DNA of 13,763 bases from Candidatus Aegiribacteria sp. (GTDB taxonomy: Bacteria; Fermentibacterota; Fermentibacteria; Fermentibacterales; JCC-6). Position numbers and translations under genes: made by a program. This document shows, in pieces, positions 1-7,302 of the stretch; within the stretch, counting starts at the first letter, position 1; the number at the start of each line of letters is the position of its first letter. The notes beneath the pieces were generated by a model that did no database searches, was not told the origin of the DNA, and saw only the letters and a list, made by a program, of their open reading frames with translations. Location: assembly GCA_046498225.1 (NCBI GenBank), contig JAWOBF010000128.1:1-13763 (forward strand), read 5' to 3'.

Positions 1-1
1 C

Positions 2-181
2 TGGAGCCGGCTCGTGGAGCCCGAACTGCTATGGGCGGCCTACCTGGCCGGGGAGGGCGCCCGAATAAGTGACAGCGTTCTGGAGGGCTACCTGAACGAG
101 CTTGTCCGGGAATACCCGGAAACCGAATTCGGTGAAGCCGCCGAGAAACGGCTCGGAGGCGGCGGAAGGGAGGAGGAATGA
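2..181 (+). CDS. 3' end of a gene truncated by the window edge; TPR-like protein with a BamD/CpoB-type C-terminus
   Basis: Own translation of frame +2: WSRLVEPELLWAAYLAGEGARISDSVLEGYLNELVREYPETEFGEAAEKRLGGGGREEE*. The stop TGA (179-181) overlaps the pyrK ATG (ATGA). 'LVREYPETEFGEAAEKRL' resembles the helix-YP-helix cap of periplasmic TPR proteins. Not in the ORF track. Confidence 0.6.
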   Translation, partial: WSRLVEPELLWAAYLAGEGARISDSVLEGYLNELVREYPETEFGEAAEKRLGGGGREEE

Positions 182-933
182 TCCGCGACCGGCAGCTGGC
201 CGTCCTGAAGAGGGAGGAGATACTGCCGGGTGTTGTAAGGCTCACACTGAAGGCGCCCGAGGAATTCCTGGCAGAAGCCGCTCCCGGCACCTTCGTACAG
301 GTCGAGGTTCCCACCGAACCCTTTCCCATCCTGCGCCGGCCCTTTACCGTGAGCCTCAGGGAGATCGATTCTTTCCAGATAATCTTCGAAGCCAGGGGCA
401 GGGGAACCGACATACTGGCCGGACTGCCCGAGGGGACGGATCTGAGGGTTCTCGGTCCGCTGGGAGAGGGATACCGGATGGTGAAGGGCAGATGGCTTCT
501 CATCGGCGGTGGAATGGGAGCCGCCGGTTTCCCGGGACTCATTCGGGAGGCGGACTGCGGAATGGTGCTGCTGGGAGCCTCCTCCAGCCGCCGGCTGCTG
601 CCTCTGGAGGGGAGGCCGGAATGCGTCACAGAGGACGGCTCCTTCGGGGAGAAGGGTCTGGTGACCCATCTCCTGCCGGGAATTCAGTGGAGGGAATTCA
701 GCAGTGTTGCTCTCTGCGGCCCGGTGGGAATGATGAAAGCGGTGGTACGGAGCATACCCCAGGAATTCACGGAGATGGTCCAGGTGTCCACCGAGGCAAG
801 GATGGGCTGCGGATGGGGGGCCTGCGAGGGTTGCTCCATACCCGCCTCCGGAGGAGGATATTTCAAATGCTGCACGGACGGGCCGGTCGTTCCGGCCGTC
901 TCCATAGACTGGGACCGATGGGAGGGAGTGTGA
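178..933 (+). CDS. pyrK: Dihydroorotate dehydrogenase B electron transfer subunit (FAD, 2Fe-2S)
   Basis: 251 aa with PGTFV and RRPFTV (FAD binding), GPLGEG, IGGGMG, CGPVGMM (NAD domain) and EARMGCGWGACEGC...CTDGPV (2Fe-2S). Purine-rich GGAGG RBS upstream; lies directly before pyrD. Confidence 0.93.
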   Translation: MIRDRQLAVLKREEILPGVVRLTLKAPEEFLAEAAPGTFVQVEVPTEPFPILRRPFTVSLREIDSFQIIFEARGRGTDILAGLPEGTDLRVLGPLGEGYRMVKGRWLLIGGGMGAAGFPGLIREADCGMVLLGASSSRRLLPLEGRPECVTEDGSFGEKGLVTHLLPGIQWREFSSVALCGPVGMMKAVVRSIPQEFTEMVQVSTEARMGCGWGACEGCSIPASGGGYFKCCTDGPVVPAVSIDWDRWEGV

Positions 934-1808
934 TGGGCACCCCGTCATGGAACCTCTGGGGCAGGGAGTTCGATTCACCGGTTATGCTCGCTTCCGGTAC
1001 CGCCGGCTACGGCCTGGAGCTGATGGACATGGAGTGTACCGCCGGAGCGGCGGCGATCATCTCCAAGGCCACCACTCTCAGCCCCCGGGAGGGCAACCTC
1101 CCTCCCAGGGTGGTGGAGACCAGGTTCGGCCTTCTGAACTCCGTCGGCCTGGCGAATCCGGGCGTGGAGGAGGTTCTCTCGTCCATACTTCCCGCGGCCT
1201 CCGGGCTGCCGGTCCCCCTTATCCTCAACGTGGCCGGTGAGACGGTGGAGGAATTCGCCCGGGTGGTGGAGAGGCTGGATACCTCATCCGTTCCGTTCGG
1301 ATACGAGATAAACGTCTCCTGTCCCAACGTGTCCGCTGGAGGTGCGGCCTTTGGAGCCTCGCCAGCCACCGTGGAGAGAGTTTCCGAACTGGTCCGGAGA
1401 ACAACCTCCAGACCGTTCAGCGTCAAGCTCACTCCAAATGAGGGGAGTGTTGTTGAAGCCGCTAAGGCGGCACAGGAAGGCGGTGCCGACGCCGTTACCG
1501 TCTGCAACACTTTTCTGGGAATGACCATCGACTGGCGTACCGGAAAGCCCCCTCTCAGGAGGAAAGTGGGAGGCTATTCCTCACCTGCCCTGCTGCCCCT
1601 GACCGTAGCTCGCGTTCACCTGACCTCACAGGAGCTGGATATACCGGTGCTGGCCTCCGGTGGTGTATCACGCCCGGAAGATGTCCTGGAACTGCTTGCA
1701 GCCGGAGCGGCCATGGTCCAGGTGGGAACCTGGCTCATGCGAAGGCCCGCGGCCGCGGCGCACCTCCGGAACGGAATACTGAGGCTGATGGAGGACAGGG
1801 GACGGTGA
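933..1808 (+). CDS. pyrD: Dihydroorotate dehydrogenase family 1B catalytic subunit (291 aa)
   Basis: C-terminal part of track ORF 102..1808; start placed at ATG 933 (TGATG overlap with the pyrK stop). Motifs [40 protein letters not shown] (catalytic Cys), VKLTPN, NT, SGGV, VQVGT. Confidence 0.93.
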   Translation: MGTPSWNLWGREFDSPVMLASGTAGYGLELMDMECTAGAAAIISKATTLSPREGNLPPRVVETRFGLLNSVGLANPGVEEVLSSILPAASGLPVPLILNVAGETVEEFARVVERLDTSSVPFGYEINVSCPNVSAGGAAFGASPATVERVSELVRRTTSRPFSVKLTPNEGSVVEAAKAAQEGGADAVTVCNTFLGMTIDWRTGKPPLRRKVGGYSSPALLPLTVARVHLTSQELDIPVLASGGVSRPEDVLELLAAGAAMVQVGTWLMRRPAAAAHLRNGILRLMEDRGR

Positions 1809-2212
1809 AATGCTTCATCCTCTCCCTGACGGCGCTTCTGACCGTTTCCGGGTGCTACCTCGAGTCCAGGCCTGTATACTGTTCCCGTGGAGTCTCCGCC
1901 TCGGCTACCGTTGCCGGTTTTCAGCAGCGGGGTACTGCCTCCTACTACGGCCCGGGCTTTCACGGGAAGGCCACCGCGAGCGGCGAGACCTTCGACATGT
2001 ACGGACTGACCTGCGCCCACCTGACCCTGCCGTTCGGTACGGTGCTCAGGGTGGTCAACCTTGAGAATGACCGGGAGGTGACCGTCCGGGTCAACGACAG
2101 AGGACCCTACGTTGGGGGAAGGATAGTGGACCTCTCCTACGGTGCGGCGGAGAGGCTGGACATGCTGGATTCCGGAGTGGCCAGCGTGATTCTGAGGGTG
2201 ATGGAACAGTGA
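1805..2212 (+). CDS. rlpA: RlpA-family lytic transglycosylase lipoprotein (DPBB domain only, no SPOR domain)
   Basis: GTG start overlapping the pyrD stop (GTGA). Signal peptide with lipobox VSG-C17. Motifs [48 protein letters not shown]. Confidence 0.9.
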   Translation: MKCFILSLTALLTVSGCYLESRPVYCSRGVSASATVAGFQQRGTASYYGPGFHGKATASGETFDMYGLTCAHLTLPFGTVLRVVNLENDREVTVRVNDRGPYVGGRIVDLSYGAAERLDMLDSGVASVILRVMEQ

Positions 2213-2247
2213 CTTCAAACAGAATCAATGAGGAGGGTGATCAATCG

Positions 2248-2946
2248 ATGGAAACCAGGCTTTACATAGCCCTTACAAGCCGGGAGATGGCCGGGAGGAA
2301 GCTAATTCTGGATGAACTTGCAGGTCTTCCCCTTGGAATAAAGGTGGGGCTCGAACTCTTCGTCAGCCAGGGACCCGCCCTTCTGGAGGAGATAAGGAAG
2401 GCGGATTTTCCGCTTTTCCTGGACCTCAAGTTCCATGATATACCCTTCACTGTGGAGGGAGCTGTGCGGTCCGCATGCAGGTTCGAGCCGGAGCTGCTCA
2501 ACGTTCACGCTTCGGGAGGGATGGAGATGATGCGGGCTGCCGCGGAGGCGGTGGAGGGGGATACCCGCCTGCTGGCGGTGACCGTCCTGACAAGTCTCTC
2601 CGGGGATGATCTCCACCGGGCCGGATTTCGGGGCAGTCCGGAGGAACTGGTGACGGGGATGGCCATGGCGGCCCGGGAAGCGGGCATTCACGGTGTCGTC
2701 TGCTCTCCCCTGGAGGCTTCGGCCGTAAGGGATGCCGCAGGCCCCGATTTCCTTATCGTAACTCCGGGAGTACGTCCGGCGGGAGCAGGTATGGATGACC
2801 AGAAAAGAACCTCCACGCCCTTCGAAGCCGTCAAGGCGGGAGCAACTTCACTGGTAGCGGGCAGGCCTGTGACACTGGCGAAGGATCCAAGATCCGCTGC
2901 GGAATCCCTCCTCAGCGAGATCAACCTGGCGTTCAGCGAGCGCTAG
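2248..2946 (+). CDS. pyrF: Orotidine-5'-phosphate decarboxylase
   Basis: Motifs KVGLELF, FLDLKFHDIPFTV (DxKxxD), VHASGG, AVTVLTS, GVVCS, VTPGVRP, DDQKR, GRP. ATG 2248 follows GAGGAGGG; the alternative GTG at 2209 overlaps the rlpA stop. Confidence 0.95.
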   Translation: METRLYIALTSREMAGRKLILDELAGLPLGIKVGLELFVSQGPALLEEIRKADFPLFLDLKFHDIPFTVEGAVRSACRFEPELLNVHASGGMEMMRAAAEAVEGDTRLLAVTVLTSLSGDDLHRAGFRGSPEELVTGMAMAAREAGIHGVVCSPLEASAVRDAAGPDFLIVTPGVRPAGAGMDDQKRTSTPFEAVKAGATSLVAGRPVTLAKDPRSAAESLLSEINLAFSER

Positions 2947-2953
2947 CGGCCCC

Positions 2954-4897
2954 GTGACTGGAGGGAAGTTCCTGAGGACGGTCTTCCCGGTTGCCCTGGG
3001 GATTTTCCTCATTCTGTTCGTGCAGTTCGGAATGGACGCCCTGGCCGGCGCTTCCATACTCGGCAGGCTTCGGGACTCGGACCCCGCGGCTTCAGTGGCT
3101 GATGTCGACATCGGTGGGAAAGTAGCGGTAATAGATCGGATGGCGCTGCCGGGCAGAGGGCTGTTCCTGGAACGGACCGTAGTGTACTGGAGCGGCAATC
3201 CGTTCAGCCCCACCGTGGACAGCCTGCTGGTTCTGGGGGGCAGCTGGGTGCAGACACGGAGCGGCGGCCCGGCGGAAGGCCGGCCGGGACGGGGACTGCC
3301 TCCCTGCAGGTTCTCCGGCATTCGCGTACATATCGGAGGTGACACTTCCCTGGTCTGCGGGACACTGAACCCGACCCGGTCAGGCGTTTCTGCTCGCCTT
3401 GCCATGGAGGGAAGCTGGGGCGCACTGTCGGGAACGGTTTTCACCGGGGGGTCCGGGGACAGCGCCATTGTTGACTGGTTCAGCTGCAGCAGGATTCCCG
3501 GAGGGATGATAGCTCTGCCGGAAATGCTGGGTACTCCGCATTTCCAGGGCAGCATGGTGGTGGTGCGCGACGGCTTTCTGAAGGCCGGCGGAGTGGTGAC
3601 CGGGGTGGACGGCGACCCTGCGGAGGTCCGTTTCGATATGAACGATTCGCTTGGATACGTATCTCTGAGCCTCTCCTCGAGGCTGGAGACCATCAGGGAA
3701 GTACTGTTGACAAAAGCGGACGAGCTGATGGGCGGAGTTTATCTTGACATGGATCCCTCGGGACATTTCACCCTGGACATAACTGACAGTGATACAATAG
3801 GCGTCACGGTGGACGCCCGAATCGACCCCCTGAGGGTATTCTCCCCCGGACTCGCGGACGATACCGTAACCGTGGTCGCCCGCCTGCAATTCAGGGGAAC
3901 ATTCTGTATCGGCTCGAGGACGGTGAGCGTGGACTCTGGACTGGTCGCGGTCCAGGAATTCCCTGTGAATTTCAGCCTCCGCGGAAGTTTTTCCTCACTC
4001 CCCAGACTGGAGCTGAGGCTCTGGAACCGTTCAGTGGACGGTCATCAGCTGTCCCGGTCCGTCCCCAACGGTATGATGGGCATACTTGAGGGGCTTGAGC
4101 TTGCCGGCGACGCCTCCTTCGACCTGCACGCCATACTTGACTGGGGCTGTCCGGACAGCTCCGACTTCTCCGGCAACGTGAACGTGAGCGGCCTGCGCGT
4201 GGGCTACAGCCCTGTATCGGTCGGTCAGCTCAGGCAGGGCGGGTCGTGTTTCATGAGGGACAGCTGGAACGGCGGCAGGAGGATATTCCTCAGTCCGGAG
4301 CAGAATCAGGATTTCGTGGTGTTCGATTCCCTCCCCCCTTCCTTCGAGGGCCTGCTCAGATGCGCGGAGGACGCCACTTTCAGAAGCCATGACGGTCTGT
4401 GCGAATACCATATCCGGAATTCCCTTCGAGCCAACATGGAGACCGGCCGGTTCACCCGGGGAGGTTCCACAATCACCATGCAGCTGGCCAGGAACCTCTT
4501 CCTCGGCCGTGAGAAGACCCTGGCCAGAAAGCTCCAGGAAGTGTTCCTGACCTGGAGGCTGGAGGTTTACCTGAGCAAGGACCGTATGCTGGAGATATAC
4601 GCCAACATCGTGGAGCTTGGCCCGGATGTCTTCGGTTTCAGCGAAGCTGCCGAATACTACTTTCAAAGGGACTTGAGGGAGCTGTCCACCAGGCAGATGG
4701 CCTATCTTGTGTCCATACTTCCCGGCCCAGGGCTCTATCACAGGTTCTTCAGGAACGGGAGGGTTCCGGCGTACTGGGAGGACTACCTGGACAGGCTGAT
4801 AACCATCTCTTCAAGCCGGGGGTGGATAGACCCCGATTCGGCAGTCTCCGCGCTGGCCGATTCCATCGTTTTCAGCTACGCCGCAGAGGGCTTTTGA
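2954..4897 (+). CDS. Membrane-anchored protein with a long beta-rich N-terminal region and a C-terminal GT51 monofunctional peptidoglycan transglycosylase domain
   Basis: N-terminal hydrophobic helix. GT51 motifs EDATFRSHDG (Glu codon at 4367), GGSTITMQLARNL, RKLQE, KDRMLEIYANIVELG and MAYLVSILPGP. No transpeptidase domain follows. The GTG start has only a weak RBS. Confidence 0.85.
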   Translation: MTGGKFLRTVFPVALGIFLILFVQFGMDALAGASILGRLRDSDPAASVADVDIGGKVAVIDRMALPGRGLFLERTVVYWSGNPFSPTVDSLLVLGGSWVQTRSGGPAEGRPGRGLPPCRFSGIRVHIGGDTSLVCGTLNPTRSGVSARLAMEGSWGALSGTVFTGGSGDSAIVDWFSCSRIPGGMIALPEMLGTPHFQGSMVVVRDGFLKAGGVVTGVDGDPAEVRFDMNDSLGYVSLSLSSRLETIREVLLTKADELMGGVYLDMDPSGHFTLDITDSDTIGVTVDARIDPLRVFSPGLADDTVTVVARLQFRGTFCIGSRTVSVDSGLVAVQEFPVNFSLRGSFSSLPRLELRLWNRSVDGHQLSRSVPNGMMGILEGLELAGDASFDLHAILDWGCPDSSDFSGNVNVSGLRVGYSPVSVGQLRQGGSCFMRDSWNGGRRIFLSPEQNQDFVVFDSLPPSFEGLLRCAEDATFRSHDGLCEYHIRNSLRANMETGRFTRGGSTITMQLARNLFLGREKTLARKLQEVFLTWRLEVYLSKDRMLEIYANIVELGPDVFGFSEAAEYYFQRDLRELSTRQMAYLVSILPGPGLYHRFFRNGRVPAYWEDYLDRLITISSSRGWIDPDSAVSALADSIVFSYAAEGF

Positions 4898-4900
4898 ACG

Positions 4901-4929
4901 TTGACAATGAGACACATTATATTTATACG
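4901..4929 (+). promoter_or_regulatory. Putative sigma70-type promoter for block 2
   Basis: Perfect TTGACA at 4901-4906, a 17-bp spacer, then TATACG at 4924-4929 (4/6 match to TATAAT). It sits in the longest and most AT-rich intergenic gap of the window, 38 bp before ATG 4968. Confidence 0.65.
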
Positions 4930-4967
4930 CTTGAACATGTTTACAACTCGATCCCAGGGGGTTTTAC

Positions 4968-6014
4968 ATGGGTGATGAAAGGGCCGTGGAACTCAGGCAT
5001 GAGGGCAAGACCTACAGGGCCGCCAGCCGTGAGGTCTTCTTCAAATGGGCCCGGGAGCACAGGATATCGTCCGACGACAGCTACAGGGTGGCCGGAACGG
5101 ACAAATGGATCCCGGTCACGGCGAACACCGAACTGAATATCCTTCTGGACCCTGAGAACTGGTGGAAGGTCAGGATGGGCGGCAAGACCTACGTCGCGTC
5201 CGACTGGGAGACCATTGTAAGATGGGCCAGAGAGGGAAGGCTGTCCTCCGACGTTCAGATAGAAGGGCCGAAAACTCCTCCGGGAGGGATACTGGGCAAG
5301 GCCTCACCCGAACTGTCTCCCTACCTGAGGGAATGGGTCTACGATGACCGGGAAAGCCAGCCGGTAAGGCTGCGCTTCGACGGAAGGACCTTCATACCCG
5401 GCGATCTCGACACCCTGGAGAAATGGATCCGGGAATCAAGGGTTCCCTTGGAGGCCGAGGTATCGATCAGTGGGGATGACTGGGAACCTGTGACAGACCA
5501 CGAACGTTTCACTCGGGATATGTGGCCGGTGGAGGATACCGGTGACGCCGCGGATACGGCGGAGGAGATGCCTCCCAGGTCCGAGGATTCGGCGGAACCG
5601 CCTGACAGGGATGTTCCCCCGCCGGAAGCGAAGGTAACGCACAAACAGGAGGTCAGGCAGGAGACTCCGGAGGACAGGTTCTACCGTATTTCCACATCCT
5701 ACGGCGATGATTACGTATTCGAGGACCCGCATGAGGTTCTGGAGCTGCTGAAGAAAAAGAGGATCCACAGTTTTGACGAGGTAAGGCATCACGCGCTTCC
5801 GGGGGGCGTTGTGTTCGTCAGCGAATTCGTCCGGGATTACGCCCCCCGAAAAGGCGCCACGATTATCATGGCCATTCTGGCGGCCCTCTTCGGAGCAGCC
5901 GGAGCGGCGGCCATCATCTTCCAGCAGCAGGAACGCCAGTGGATGCTGATCGGCGGTATCGCCTCCCTGGTTATAGCCCTGATCCTGCTGGTAAGGATCA
6001 TCTGGAAGAGGTAG
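4968..6014 (+). CDS. Hypothetical membrane protein: four GYF_2-like (DUF4339-like) repeats, an acidic/Pro-rich linker and two C-terminal TM helices
   Basis: Repeat cores GKTY..KWAREHRISSD, GKTY..RWAREGRLSSD, GRTF..KWIRESRVPLE and GDDY..ELLKKKRIHSF. Hydrophobic stretches at about aa 297-318 and 325-346, with a basic WKR end. No signal peptide. The family call is by eye. Confidence 0.7.
   Translation: MGDERAVELRHEGKTYRAASREVFFKWAREHRISSDDSYRVAGTDKWIPVTANTELNILLDPENWWKVRMGGKTYVASDWETIVRWAREGRLSSDVQIEGPKTPPGGILGKASPELSPYLREWVYDDRESQPVRLRFDGRTFIPGDLDTLEKWIRESRVPLEAEVSISGDDWEPVTDHERFTRDMWPVEDTGDAADTAEEMPPRSEDSAEPPDRDVPPPEAKVTHKQEVRQETPEDRFYRISTSYGDDYVFEDPHEVLELLKKKRIHSFDEVRHHALPGGVVFVSEFVRDYAPRKGATIIMAILAALFGAAGAAAIIFQQQERQWMLIGGIASLVIALILLVRIIWKR
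5004..5327 (+). repeat. Intragenic domain duplication with a 177-bp period
   Basis: GGCAAGACCTAC occurs at 5004 and 5181; TGGGCCCGGGAG at 5046 matches TGGGCCAGAGAG at 5223. Both offsets are 177 nt (59 codons). Confidence 0.8.
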
Positions 6015-6015
6015 G

Positions 6016-7302
6016 ATGAAGGTAACCGACCTGATAGCCGCCACCAGGGACGGGACGGGGGTCTCGAGGGAGGACCTGTACGAATTCGCCGCCGCCATCG
6101 GTTCCGGTGACGTGCCCGACTACCAGGCCGCCGCCTGGCTGATGGCCGCCTACATGAAAGGGCTGTCGGACCGGGAGACCCTTGCATTGACCAGGGCCAT
6201 GAGGGACAGCGGCAGAGTAATCCAGTGGGAAGCGGGCCGTCCGCTGGCCGACAAGCACAGCACAGGAGGCGTGGGGGACAAGGTGTCGCTGGTCCTGGCT
6301 CCTCTGGCCGCCGCCTGCGGATTGCGGGTGCCAATGATAAGCGGCAGGAGCCTGGGCCATACGGGCGGGACCCTGGACAAGCTGGAATCCATTCCCGGCA
6401 TGAACGTGCAGCTCTCCCTGTCCGAATTCGTGAAGCTGGTGGAGGAGAACGGAGTGGCCATGAGCGGCCAGACCGATGACCTGGCGCCGGCTGACAGAAA
6501 GCTCTATTCACTTCGGGACGCCACTTCCACCGTAACTTCCATTCCCCTTATCTGCGCCAGCATACTGAGCAAGAAGCTTGCGGAAAACACCGATGTTCTG
6601 GTCTTCGATGTGAAGACCGGAACCGGCGCTTTCATGAAGGACCGGGCCGGGGCGGAGGAGCTGGCCTCCCGGCTGACGGGCATCGCCGGTGAGGCCGGGG
6701 TAAGGTCCCGCGCACTCATAACATCCATGGACTGCCCCCTGGGAATGAAGGCCGGCAACGCGCTGGAGGTGCGGGAATCGATTGACGTTCTGGAGGGCCG
6801 GGGTCCGGACGACGTAAGGGAGCTGTCGGTGAGACTCACCGCCTGCATGCTCCGGCAGGCCCTGCCTGACCTGTATGATGAGGATGCGGAGGCGGAGGAC
6901 CGATGCCGCGGACTTCTGGATGACGGTTCAGCCATGGAAAAGTTCGTGACGATGGTGGAAGCTCAGGGAGGTGATCTCCAGGCTTTCGATTCCCTTCCGG
7001 CGGCGCCGGTTACCATGGAAGTTCCGGCATCCAGGTCCGGTGTCTACAGCGGTGTGGACGCGTACGCGGTCGGTGAGGCCGTGAGAAGCATTGGAGGCGG
7101 CAGATACAGCATGGACCAGGAGATCAGGCATGACGTGGGCTGGGAACAGCTGCTGCCGCCCGGCAGCCGAGTGAAGGCCGGTGATGTTCTCGGTCTGGTG
7201 CATGCCGGCGACGGGGATGATGCCCGATCGGCCGCTGAAAGGATAGGAGCTTCCGCCCGCTGGGATATTCCGCCGGAACCTCTGATCAGGGGAATAATAT
7301 GA
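6016..7302 (+). CDS. pdp: Pyrimidine-nucleoside (thymidine) phosphorylase
   Basis: Motifs PDYQAAAWLMA, DKHSTGGVGDKVSL, SGRSLGHTGGTLDKLESIPG, LAPADRKLYSLRD, SILSKK, DVKTGTGAFMK, GNALEV. Pdp versus DeoA specificity cannot be settled by eye. Confidence 0.93.
   Translation: MKVTDLIAATRDGTGVSREDLYEFAAAIGSGDVPDYQAAAWLMAAYMKGLSDRETLALTRAMRDSGRVIQWEAGRPLADKHSTGGVGDKVSLVLAPLAAACGLRVPMISGRSLGHTGGTLDKLESIPGMNVQLSLSEFVKLVEENGVAMSGQTDDLAPADRKLYSLRDATSTVTSIPLICASILSKKLAENTDVLVFDVKTGTGAFMKDRAGAEELASRLTGIAGEAGVRSRALITSMDCPLGMKAGNALEVRESIDVLEGRGPDDVRELSVRLTACMLRQALPDLYDEDAEAEDRCRGLLDDGSAMEKFVTMVEAQGGDLQAFDSLPAAPVTMEVPASRSGVYSGVDAYAVGEAVRSIGGGRYSMDQEIRHDVGWEQLLPPGSRVKAGDVLGLVHAGDGDDARSAAERIGASARWDIPPEPLIRGII

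Noticed and set aside
102..932. 277-aa N-terminal extension of pyrD, or a pyrK-pyrD frameshift fusion
   Set aside because: The extension is Arg/Gly-rich off-frame sequence overlapping pyrK. pyrK has its own stop and pyrD has a coupled ATG at 933.
178..933. Alternative call as NfnA or a sulfhydrogenase gamma subunit
   Set aside because: These share the fold, but direct coupling to a family 1 pyrD with pyrF nearby favours PyrK.
4933..4944. LexA (Cheo) box, GAAC-N4-GTTC
   Set aside because: The sequence reads GAAC-ATGT-TTAC, so the right half-site does not match. Kept only as an unassigned dyad.
4898..4967. Intrinsic terminator, riboswitch or small RNA in the gap
   Set aside because: No GC-rich hairpin with a U-tract, and too little space after the predicted +1 for a structured leader.
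4822..5136. 104-aa ORF spanning the intergenic gap
   Set aside because: It overlaps both flanking genes out of frame and runs through the promoter; no motif support.
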